Part shown: piece after piece, positions 1 to 10,889 of the stretch
Layout: each line of letters starts with the position of its first letter
Position numbering within the stretch: the stretch's first letter is position 1
Source: Malacoraja senta
Taxonomy: Eukaryota
Direction: 5' to 3'
DNA: 64,000 bases
NCBI GenBank assembly: GCA_038087875.1
Contig: CM075995.1
Coordinates: 3,908,001 to 3,972,000 of the forward strand
Notes under the pieces: generated by a model
Database searches by the model: none
What the model was told of the DNA's origin: nothing
What the model saw: the letters and a program-made list of their open reading frames with translations, nothing else
Program-made: the position numbers and the translations under genes

Positions 1-294
1 GAGACTGATTTAGACAGCATTCGCAGAGATTATCCAAATGTGGACTACTATAAATGTGATGATCTACAGGACATTCCTAATGGGAAAGTAGTGGGCAGAA
101 AGGAATGTCATGCATGGTTTGAAGAGCAAAAACCCATAGTTTACAATGCCAAAGTTGAAAAGTTGAGGAAAAACAAGGTGTACAGAGTTGCTTATTGGTT
201 ACAATCTGAGGAGTATGATGATGCTACTGATTATGATAAGCCAATGTACCAGCTAGCAACTGATCTTCTCCATAAAGACTTGGTCTATTGCTAG
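1..294 (+). CDS. C-terminal end of a probable DNA-transposon protein (open from before base 1), ending in a spindlin/Tudor-like segment
   Basis: Frame +1 is open from base 1 (ETDLDSIRRDYPNVDYY...) to TAG at 292-294. VVGRKECHAW...YRVAY...MYQLATDLLHKDL resembles Spin/Ssty repeats (IVGCRIQHGW...; MYQLLDDYKEGDL). It lies just inside the transposon end at 5549. Confidence 0.5.
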   Translation, partial: ETDLDSIRRDYPNVDYYKCDDLQDIPNGKVVGRKECHAWFEEQKPIVYNAKVEKLRKNKVYRVAYWLQSEEYDDATDYDKPMYQLATDLLHKDLVYC

Positions 295-1059
295 AAATTG
301 TAATTTATTTACCTATCTGTTACGGATTTACAGCATATAATACAATAATATTAAAGTTCTGATCTTGAGAATATCACATTTTTGAACTTTCAAGGCAGTC
401 TGGGTGTTTATTACTATTTCCGTCACAACGGTCAATTTTGTAATTAGCTACAATTAGGTAACTAACTAATTATATGCTTTATTAGTAAGATTAAATGAGA
501 ACTTACCAGTTTGAAGTTTGATCTTTATTTTATGAGGAGTTACGATGAGCGATTACGTGAAGAAGGCCATCAACCCGCATGCACGTCAATCTTCAAAGCA
601 GCGGTGTGAAATCACAGATAACAGTAATTGAAGTAACATAGTAAGATTAAAGAAGACTAGAACTACCAGATGACCTTTATAATATGAGGGTGGGAGCGGT
701 GGGCACGTAATCACTCATCGTAACTCCTCATAAAATAAAGATCAAACTTCAAACTGGTAAGTTCTCGTTTAATCTTACTATTTTACTTCGGAGTCACGTG
801 AGTGATTCCGTGAAGACTTTGAAGCTCTATGATTTCATGCCGTGGATAAAACGAGTCCACACAAGCACGACTGCATCAGTTGACCACAGATAAGGGAAAC
901 ATTCATAATGCATACAGACATGACATAGACTAAAAACATGCTGATGCTGATAAATGAATAAATAATAATAATAGTAACCCCTCCCATCCTGGGGAAACTA
1001 TAAAATAGAACCTAAAAAAAAAATTGGCAAATACCCCTGGTCTGGCAATGGGTTAAAAA

Positions 1060-1880
1060 TAAAATATTTGGAAACTCGATCGTTAGACCATCCTGCAGTC
1101 GGCAGGATGTGGTCCAGAGGACCGTACATAACCCTTGCTACTGATGAAGTAGCAGCCCTGGTGGAGTGAGATTAGAAAATTAGTATCCACTCCTGTATAA
1201 GCCAAAACCCCGTTTGAACTACCTGGAGATGGTCTGAACTGATACCTTCTTATGAGGTTATTAGAAACTAATAAACAGCTAGTATGAGAGCCTCTAAGGC
1301 TCTAGGTGACCCTGACGTAATGTTGTAAACATGTGACCACACATAACCGAAGGTGCGTGGGGTATGTCATGAGAACTAGCTTGAGACCTGACACCCCTGG
1401 GCTGCCCTGCCTAACTAAATTGTAAACATGAAATATAATATTATTAGCAGGTATAACCATCCTGTCCAGTCCCAATTTATACAATGACTGGACCCGTTGT
1501 GCTGAGAACAGCACCAATGGGATACCTTATGAGCCCCGAGCCAAAGATATGGATATAGCTGGAGCCCCCTGGCGAAGTAGTGTCAACACAATGTCAATAT
1601 CCCATACTCCGTGTACTTGGGTCTGGGAGAACATGTGCAAAGATATCCTTAATAAACTAGAATCAGAGGGCAAGACCCGACAGAGCTGGGTCCCGCTCGC
1701 TGCAGCAAATATGATGAGAAAGCACATTGAGCACAGTTAATGGGACTATAACTTAATTTATTGTTAAGGGCCCATAGAAAATGAACTCTAAGACGTCGGT
1801 GTCCGTGCCGTATTATATGTAACATAGCATTTAAACAGAACGCTTCCCATCTGAAGAGTAAATGTACTGCTTTTTTGGTG
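1060..1880 (-). pseudogene. DIRS tyrosine recombinase remnant (frameshifted)
   Basis: ORFs 1302-1517, 1527-1727 and 1649-2023 match the copy-B YR (SAQRV, LCVVT, WEAFC). The HSTR catalytic motif is near 1160. Confidence 0.85.
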
Positions 1881-3426
1881 CTATCCCTGCACTCTGCAGT
1901 GGGCACATACATGGATTGGTCTGACAACCCAAGCCGCAGGAGCTGTCTTCTCAGATTCTGTAAGGCAATGAATTGATTAATCATACAGAGGCTGGTTCCC
2001 CGAGTCCCAGGCTGAACCAGCAAGTTTTATGTTTAGAAACCCCATATAAGGTTCTACTATAATTCCCAACATTTGCGGGAAACCAGGGCTACATAGGCCA
2101 GTCAGACAGTACGAAAAACCCTAAAGCGGGATCTTGCTGAATCATTGCAAGGCCCGACTGATGAGGCAAAATGGAGCAATGACACAAAAGAACATTCCTC
2201 CCTCGTGTAGCGAGAATGTATCTCTTGCCACTGTGATGCCACATGTATTTAGAACCTGATGAATGAGCCTGGATGCAAACATATCGATATTTCGTGTTCC
2301 ATCGAGCCATAATGTCATAAAATACTTAGTGATCCAACATCCATTCTGTGTTGTCATTGATTTACGTGATGATACACCAGTGCCAAATAAAGTTGGGTAA
2401 ATTATGACAGGATACTTTGACTTGATTGCACCCATGTGACCAACATAAGCCACCACCACAGTGTATCAACCTGGAATTGAGCATGCAGATCATGCATATC
2501 CGCACAACAAACCTTTTAACCCATAGTATGCACCTAGTGTCTATAGGTAGTTGATACCAATAACTGAAGAATTGGTCATTCGTGCAAATCCCATCCCTCC
2601 ATAACTAGAGATGGCATTCGTAATTTCCCATCTTTGAGCACTAGCATCAGTCTGAAATACAACTGAAGATTTATTGACCAAAACTACTGGAGCAATGCTG
2701 AATATTGTTCATCCACCATTGTGACCCTGGTGGCTTCAGCTGGTAATAGCATAGGTCTGTAACAAATGACCTAACTGGCACTTGAGAGATTATTACTTTG
2801 CACGTTGTAAGTTCTGATAATGCAAAGGCCTAATTGCACAGCTGAAACACAGCTGTTATATTGCCAATTACACTTGATGAATAGAAGACTGCTTGATAAC
2901 AAGGTTGTTACAGGCTTCTATTGATTCCGATCTCTTTCCCCAGAGCGGAGTCACAGATAAATAATAGTTAAAGGTACAACCGAAAACAATAGCTGTAGTT
3001 GGTATCAACTTAAATTTAACTGGATGGATGAGGAACCTCAATCTGTCAAATATAGTTGCAGCTGAAAACAGTTGATTTTAGCAAAACACAGCATTTAGAA
3101 TCTCATCCAGTAAAGGCATAATAAGTGTTTTTTTAGCTCTGAGCAGTCCCAGTTTAGTAAATTGGTAGATGAGCTGGGAGCTGAAATTAGCCCATTTACA
3201 ACACATTAACTGTTATCATGCCCCATCCAGCTAAATTCCAAATGACTCCTGGGATCCCTGTGAATGGGACCTGAAATAGTATGCCTTTGAAATCAATGCA
3301 TGCCATAAAGATCTTAAAGAAATCAGTTTGTTAGACAGTAACGAAGTACCATATACTGAAAATCTATGTTGCAAATGTGAGTTAAATCAACTATGAACCG
3401 ACATCCTCCATCTTTTACAATGAAAC

Positions 3427-3763
3427 AGGCCACGCCTGCCATAATTCCGTGCCTACCTTGAATCACAACTCTGGCCAGATTCCCGAGCTTGTCTCGAAAG
3501 GTGATCCTGACCATAATACTGAGGCTGCCTTGAAAGACAACTCTGGCCATAATACAGGGCCTGCCTTGAAAGGCTACTCCGGCCATAATTCTGAGCCTGC
3601 CTCGAAAGACAACTCTGGCCAATTTCCGAGCTTGTCTCGGAAGGCAATCCTGGCCGTAATACTGAGCCTGCCTCGAAAGACAACTCTGGCCATAATTCCG
3701 AGCTTGTTCCGTAAGGTAATTCTGGCCATAACACTGAGCCTGCCTCGAAAGGCAACTCTGGCC
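3427..3763. repeat. 36-bp minisatellite, about 9 copies, inside DIRS copy A
   Basis: Unit approx. CTGGCCATAATACTGAGCCTGCCTCGAAAGACAACT. It gives 12-aa periodicity in the overlapping ORFs 3323-3808. Confidence 0.9.
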
Positions 3764-5549
3764 CCAAATCAAAGCCAAGCTTGGTACACTCGTACTGTGC
3801 AATAACAACCCAATCTCATACTATAATTATCATTTGTACAAAAACAATTGTAAATATTACCAAGTTGTAAATGGTCCACTTACCCCATGTTTCAGAAGAA
3901 CCAGACCCACCTACCTCCATGGTTACCGGTGGTCTATGGTAAACCCAACGGCCCCTGATGTGGGTTCTATTCCCGTCCTTGATTGGAGAGTAGGAATGGT
4001 AGTGCATGTGGATTCCATTTCCTGAGACCAGCTTGGACTTTGGCCTCTGCGCAGCTTTCAAGCTGCCACCAGCTTCAGTGAACTGCTTACTGCCGATGAG
4101 GCGTGGGGTGTGTTGTCGCCGATACGATGAAGCTTTGTTCGCTGTTGGTACCGTAATCAGCCCGAAAGCTTTAGCTTCCTCATCCAGGTATACCTGTTGG
4201 ATAAGTCTTACCTGAAGAGAAGATTCGGCGGCTGGTTTCATTTCCTCCAATGTCACCCCTGATAGCGCTGTTCACTGCCGGCACTAGTAGCGTGAGGGGA
4301 AACTCTGGCCCCTTCCGGGTTTTCTGCCCACGGCAGTAACCCTTTCGTATGCGAGTATTTCCTTAGAGCCATATGCACGTGCCCCAGTATGTTCCACGGA
4401 CATACTTTGAATTTGAAGTCAGTTACATACTGACCACTCGCACTCCCCTCCACAGAGAGGGAGATTCGTAGGCAGCCCTGAGAACAGGTGCTGCTGCAAG
4501 CCTCTGAGGATACCTGCATCTGACTCAGTATAAAACTGGCCTCTTACGCTCCCCTCCTCAGAGAGGGAGACATCAAGCAGCCCTGACACAGGTGCCGCTG
4601 CCACGGGTTCTCCATAATACCCGGGCTCAGATAGCTCCCTTCTACGGAGCACATCTCTTTGGAGCAACCTCTCCAATAGGTACTCCAGATGGGTCAGTCT
4701 TCCAAACACACTGCCCACAGAAGGAGGAGAGTCCTCCTGGCCCGACTCATCCGAGTCCAGGGCCCTGACAGACTTTTTAGTGGCTTTTCTCCCCTGCGGG
4801 GTAGCCAAGGTGCTCACTGCTGGCACCAAGTCTGTAGCCGCTGGCTCTACCGCCAGTGACTCGAAAAATGCGAATTTTTGATCGCGCCCGCTACCCGCAC
4901 TTCCGTGGTATCCGTAGCGGGTTCCCCACGGTCCGTGGCCGGGCTTCCCCGAGGTCGTGACCGGGATTCCCTGCCATCCGTGACTGGGCACCCCGCGGTC
5001 CTAAAGGTTCCCCCGCGGCCCGTCCGGACTTCGCCCCGAATTTTTGCAGGAAACACTCTGTAAATAGAGACACCTGCAAAATAAAACATAACTTGAAAAT
5101 AAGATTAAAACTTACCTTTAGGTTTAAACTTACCGCTGGCAGGAGCAGCACCCCTGCCAGTCAGCTAATGACGTGCATGCGGGTTGACGGCCTACTTCAC
5201 GGAATCACTCACGTGACTCCGAAGTAAAATTTCAGGACATCCAAGTAAGATGTTTTATATTTGTTTCAGAATGCTTCAATCTATAATAACTGAAAATTTC
5301 ATTCAGTTCTCTTAATTTTTAAGAAAGTTATGGGCTTTTGACTGTCTTCAATCACAGCTTTTGTGTTGTCAATGGAAAAGCAATAGGGAACAAGATGCTA
5401 ATTTCCGAGCATGAAAATGGCCATAACTTTTTTAATACTGAAGATATGAAAGTGAATTAGGTGTCAAATTAAAGTTATTTTTATGGTTTATCTGATGGGA
5501 CAAATTACAGGCTTGATTTTTAAAATCTCAAAATTTTGTAACATTGCTA

Positions 5550-6145
5550 CATCAGCCGTCGCATACAACACATAATCCTCCGACATTTTCGCCACCTCTA
5601 ACGGGATCCCACCACGAGCCACATCTTCCCATCTCCACCACTTTCCGCCTTACTCAGAGACCATTCCCTCCGCAACTCCCTCGTTACCTCATCCCTTCCC
5701 ATCCAAATCACTCCCCTCCCTAGGTACCTTCCCCTGCAACCACAGGAGATGCAACATCTGTCCCTATCCCTCCTCCCTCGACTCTGTCCAGAGATCCTGA
5801 CAGTCCTTTCAGGTTAGGCAGAGGTACACTTGCACCTCCTCCAACCTCGTCTACTGTATCCGTTGTTCAAGATGTGGACTCTTATACATCGGCGAGACCA
5901 AACATAGACTGGGTGATCGTATCGCTGAACACCTGCACTCAGTCCGCTTGGACCTACCTGATCTCCCAGTTTCTAAGCACTTTAATTCCCCTTCCCATTC
6001 CCCTGACCTTTGTGTCCTAGGCCTCCTCCATTGTCATAATGAGGCTAATCGCAAATTGGAGGAACAGAATCTGATATTTCGCAGTGGTATGAATTTTGAT
6101 TTCTCTAAGTTCAAGTAACTCCTGCATTCCCTCTCTCTCCATCCG
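5550..6145 (+). mobile_element. Penelope-like element remnant (RT C-terminus, Cys linker, GIY-YIG); its 3' pLTR part resumes at about 6765-6930
   Basis: Homologous to 31308-31715 and 32650-32850; encodes a degenerate FTCTSSNLVYCIRCSRCGLLYIGETK. Confidence 0.85.
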
Positions 6146-6747
6146 TGGGCCCTGTGGAGACCCATTGTCAAAATAAACTTAAGCAAGAGAGGTGGCGGAA
6201 TGAGCACTCGATGCTGGTGCTCGGTCTGTTAAGCAGCAAGGATGAGATCAACATCAGACGAGGCGCTAGTGGGGTGAAAAAGACTCCGTGCAGACAGCGC
6301 CCAGAGTCAGGATCCAAACCCGTGTCCCTGGCGCTGTGAGGCAGCAGAAGTACGTGGGCCGAGTGGCCTCTCTCTCTCTGTGTACTTGCCAGCAGCCACA
6401 GCAGAACCTCCGTCTTCCAGATAGAGAACCGCATCCCTGGCGGTGACCCGGTCCCGGTCCCGGTTCCCTCTGCTCATCGGGCGCCGACTCCATGCTATAC
6501 CGAATCACCTGCGAGTCAAGTGGTGTGATGGGCTGGAGGAGAGAGCGAGATGCATGCGAGGCTTCGGCCGTGAGCTTGAATCGGCCCAGCGGGCGCAGAA
6601 AGGCCTCGTGAATGGGCCGATTCAGCCCTTAGAAAGTGGCTGATAAAGTCCAGATGACAAAACATGGGGGGGGGGGGGATTGTCCCCCACATCTCAAAGC
6701 ATGGGGGGGATGTGTCCTCCCTGTACCCCCCAGGATTTCCGCCCCTG
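6146..6747. mobile_element. GC-rich insert with a SINE-head fragment (about 6285-6350, minus) and a hAT-like MITE end
   Basis: Ends ...GGATTTCCGCCCCTG after G/C-run subterminal repeats. No matching left TIR seen. Confidence 0.4.
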
Positions 6748-7590
6748 CATATTACTCTATATTACCGTCTATATCTCTCTTTTCCCGTTCCCCTGACTCT
6801 CAGTCTGAAGAAGGGTCTCGACACGAAAAGCCACCCATTCCTCCCCAGAGATGCTGCCTGTCCCGCTGAGTTACTCCAGCATTTGTGTCTATCTTCGGTT
6901 TAAACCAGCATCTGCAGTTCCTTCCTCCACAATAAAGAAGGCAGACCCAAATGTTAGAGCCCATGGGATCTAAGGAAGGTTGGCAAATAGAATCCAAATT
7001 TGGCTGGTTAACTGGAGGAAGGTGGAGAGTTGCTTTTGCAAATATATACCTACAACCATTGGTGTGCCATGGACTCTTTTTGATAGCACTAGGTACTTTG
7101 TTTTTGCATTGGTATTGTAGTTACTAATTTATTGAACTCTTATTGATTATATATATTAACAATGCGTATTGTCTTTACAGGCCTGTTATGCTGCTGTAAG
7201 TTTCATTGTTCCTATGTCGTTACATATAACAAATAAACTGTATTGGCATTCTTAGTGCTCAGGGTACAATAATGAGAGTGTTCTATGAATCTGTCCTTAT
7301 CGTAACATGCCCTTTATTTATTGTGTGCAGTAATTGGCCATTGCCATTTTTATTTTGCCTGTAAACTGCTTTATCGCTCATTGTAAATGTAATCTGGGTA
7401 ACAAAGGTTACTGATTGTGCCATGGCAAACATTCTCCTTATAAAAGTAATCACTCGGCCAATATTATTCGGATAGGTAAAATGTTTAAAACTGTTTCTGG
7501 AAGCTTGCTGTGATAAAATTGGATGCCACGATTACTACATTAGAAACACAAGGACAGTTACAGTTTAGTTTATTGTCACGTTTAGCTTAG

Positions 7591-7907
7591 TTTAGTTTAG
7601 TTTAGAGATACAGCGCGGTAACAGGCCGTTCGGCCCAACGGGTCCGCGCCGACCAGCGATCCCCGCACATTAACACTATCCTACACCCACTAGGGACAAT
7701 TTTTTTAAACATTTACCAAGCCAATTAACCTACAACCTTGTACGTCTTTTGGAGTGTGGGAGGAAACCGAAGATTTCGGAGAAAACCCACGCAGGTCACG
7801 GGGAGAACGTACAAATTCCATACAGACAGCACCCGTAGCCAGGATCGAACCCGGGTGTCCGGCGCTGCTTTCACCATAAGGCAGCAACTCACCCGCTGCG
7901 CCACCGT
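7591..7907 (-). mobile_element. tRNA-derived V-SINE (HE1-like)
   Basis: Head GGTGGCGCAGCGG..GGTTCGATCC (Pol III A/B boxes), V-domain, CR1-like tail with (CTAAA)n. Confidence 0.88.
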
Positions 7908-8370
7908 CACCGTGTATCGAGGTACAGTGAAAAGCTTTTGTTGTGTGCTATTCAGTCAGCAGATAGACAATACGTGATTACAATCGAGCCATTTACAGTG
8001 CATAGATACATGATAAGGGAATAACGTTTAGTGCAAGGTAGAGCCAGCAAATTCCAATCAAGGATAGTCCGACGGCCACCAAAGAGGTAAATAGTAGTTC
8101 AGGACTCCTCTCTGGTTGTGGTAGGATGATTCAGTTGCCTGATAACAGCTGGGAAGAAACTGTCCCTGAAGCTGGAGGTGTGCGTTTTCACACTTCTATA
8201 CCTTTTGGCTGATGGGAGAGGGGAGAAGAGGGAGTGGCTGGGGTGCGACTCGTCATTGATTATGTTGCTGGCCTTGCCGAGGTAGTGTGAGGTATAAATG
8301 GAGTCAATAGAAGGGAGGTTGGTTTGTGTGATGGTCTGGACTGCGTCATTTCTCTTGCGGTCTTGGATGG
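7908..8370 (-). mobile_element. Rex1/Babar LINE 3' fragment
   Basis: ORF 8099-8536 contains LPSIDSIYTS..SHPSHSLFSPLPS..YRS..RDSFFPAVIRQLN, typical of the Rex/Babar ORF2 C-terminus. Confidence 0.8.
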
Positions 8371-9443
8371 AGGTGCAGATGGAACTGCAGATGCTGGAAT
8401 CATGAGAAAAACACAAAGAGCTGGAGTAACTCAGGATCTTACAGCAGGCATGGAGGGAACTAATGAGTAACATTTTGGGAGGGAGGAGAGTCCCATCTTC
8501 AGAGGTGAGAAGGGTCCCGACCGGAAACGTCACCAATGCATTCTCTCCACAGATGCTGCCTGACCTGCTGTGTTACTCCAGTACTTAGTGTTTTACTATA
8601 TTAGAACAACATTAGAAAATTACTTTATTGGCCACATTTAATAACTTTATTTTGGGTTATTCTGAAATGATAAAAGTTGCTCTAGAAATGCAAGCATTCT
8701 GGCAAAAATGGTTATGATCCTAATTTTGATGCTAACTGTATTTCTAATACAGGTGAGAGATTGCTCGAGTTACATAGACATTGACAATAGGTTCAGGATT
8801 AGGCCATTCAGCCCTTCAAGCCAGCACCGCCATTCAATGTGATCATGGATGATCATCCACAACCAGTACCCCGATCCTGCCTTCTCCCCATATACCTTGA
8901 TTCCGCTAGCCCAAAGAGCTCTATCTAACAAGTTATTTTCCATTAATGCTTTCTGTAGTCTGCATTTTAACAACGAGGAATAACATTTTCCAATTGATTA
9001 AGGATATGAAAGTAAATAGATATTGGTAGCTCCATTTTCATGTATGTGTAATTTATCTATATTACTAAAAGTCTGATCTTGACCACTTCCTGTAGTTCTG
9101 TATATTGATTTTAGAAAAAACGCTGCCACTTACGGCTGAGATTTTTGGCCATCTTACTCAGAGTCCCCCTCCGCTGTGCAAGACAAGAGGATTTTTCCCA
9201 TCGATGAAAAATAAAAGAGTTATTAGTGTTTATAAAATGTTGACATTCTCTCTCCTGAAGGCCACACCCCTTCCGGAGGGACTATAAAACCCAGAAGTGT
9301 TGAGTGCCTCAGTCAGTCTCTGCAAGATGGGGGAGAGGGTCACGTCTCTCAGTCTGAGCTGTGAATAACACTGAACACATGTCTACTAAACTGTGAGTGG
9401 TTTTACTGAACTGTCAGTGGCTTTAATGTGGTTTGAAATTATA

Positions 9444-9795
9444 GTTTGGAAATGCTACAGCTGTGTTGCCTTTGGTTTGGAAATGCTAAAGCTGTGTTGC
9501 CTTTGGTTTGGAAATGCTAAAGCTGTGTTGCCTTTGGTTTGGAAATGCTAAAGCTGTGTTGCCTTTGGTTTGGAAATGCTAAAGCTATGTTGCCTTTGGT
9601 TTGGAAATGCTAAAGCTGTGTTGCCTTTGGTTTGGAAATGCTAAAGCTGTGTTGCCTTTGGTTTAGAAATGCTAAAGCTGTGTTGCCTTTGGTTTGGAAA
9701 TGCTAAAGCTGTGTTTACTAATTAAAGTTGCCTTGCCTAATTAAAGTTGCCTTGCTTAATTAAAGTTGCCTTGCCAAATTAAAGTCGCCTTGCCT
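9444..9795. repeat. Helitron-internal minisatellites: 31-bp unit x about 9, then about 19-bp unit x 4
   Basis: GTTTGGAAATGCTAAAGCTGTGTTGCCTTTG tandem, then CTAATTAAAGTTGCCTTGC tandem. Confidence 0.95.
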
Positions 9796-10144
9796 TCTAT
9801 ATAATTTTACTTCGGAGTCACGTGAGTGACTACGTGAAGAAGCCCCGTCCAGCCGCACACGCGTCATTATCGATCAGACGCATAGCGTTCATGACCGTGT
9901 GTGGAGGAGCAGGAGCTCCTCCAGCCGGTGAGTAAAACAAAAGTAAAACAAAAGTCAGAAGGTAAGTGGAGTTACTTTTCACTTACAGGAGCGTTTCCTT
10001 CCCGTTTAGACTTGTTGGTGGAGCTCCACACAAGTTTATTATAGAGAAATGGGAAGGAGAGGCCAGGGACGCACCGTAGTAAAACCCCAGATCCTAAGGG
10101 TAGCGGGCGTCAGTCAGGGGAGTCAGTGGCAGCGAAGCCATTAA

Positions 10145-10344
10145 NNNNNNNNNNNNNNNNNNNNNNNNNNNNNNNNNNNNNNNNNNNNNNNNNNNNNNNN
10201 NNNNNNNNNNNNNNNNNNNNNNNNNNNNNNNNNNNNNNNNNNNNNNNNNNNNNNNNNNNNNNNNNNNNNNNNNNNNNNNNNNNNNNNNNNNNNNNNNNNN
10301 NNNNNNNNNNNNNNNNNNNNNNNNNNNNNNNNNNNNNNNNNNNN
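10145..10344. other. Assembly gap (200 N)
   Basis: N run. Confidence 1.
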
Positions 10345-10889
10345 TACTCTCCCATCAGCCCAGGAATTAACCATGGATGAGACTATCAAAAAATATGAGA
10401 CCCGGGAAATTGTAGCAGTTACAGCAGTGAATAAACTTGATATGGGTAATTTGAGCAGTGGTTTACGCTCACAAGAATTGAAATTACACAAGTGCTGAAA
10501 TTTCTGGGGTCAGTGGTTTGGATGAAGGTTATATATCGTATTCACAACAAAATGTAGCACTCATGTGTAGTGTGCACTTTGAAAGAAATTGTATTCATAA
10601 AAATGCAATAAGACCAAATATTCATCCTAAGTATGCAGGCTCTGCAAACCATGCAATATACAAATGCCTAAATCTGTTTTGGAGAAAATCTAGCAAAGAA
10701 ACTAAAGGATCACCTATGCTGAGCAGAGCGGTGAGAAGGCAGTATCCCTACAGGCGAAATGTGGTGCTGGAGAAGGAACAATCCTATCATTCTCGTATAC
10801 ACGTTGACGTGCTGCACCGAGGATACGTGGAGGTTACAATGTGCCTACTAGAAGGGGACAACAACTGCCGGTGGCAAACCCCGAGGTTA

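Larger units (their letters stand above)
483..5229 (-). mobile_element. DIRS1-like tyrosine-recombinase retrotransposon, decayed (copy A)
   Basis: ITR 556-588 is inverted to 5168-5201. ICR 704-815 is complementary to both termini (483-559 and 5195-5229). Minus-strand remnants: YR (HSTRAATSS near 1140-1168; SAQRVQSL), methyltransferase-like (IDMFASRL), RNase H (VAYVGHMG), RT and a gag-like region. Confidence 0.93.
1..5549 (+). mobile_element. 3' part of a TIR DNA transposon (hAT-related, possibly hATw-like), interrupted by a DIRS element
   Basis: 434-481 joined to 5230-5549 aligns with the uninterrupted 46858-47229. Both end in ...CAAAATTTTGTAACATTGCTA. Confidence 0.7.

Noticed and set aside
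3323..3808. Repetitive 104-161 aa ORFs as real proteins
   Set aside because: They arise from a stop-poor 36-bp minisatellite read in several frames.
9444..9715. 31-bp repeat array resembling CRISPR repeats in length
   Set aside because: Units are directly tandem with no unique spacers, there are no cas genes, and it is internal to a eukaryotic Helitron.
10110..10491. ORFs containing X runs (also 44621-45020)
   Set aside because: Artefacts of the N gaps.
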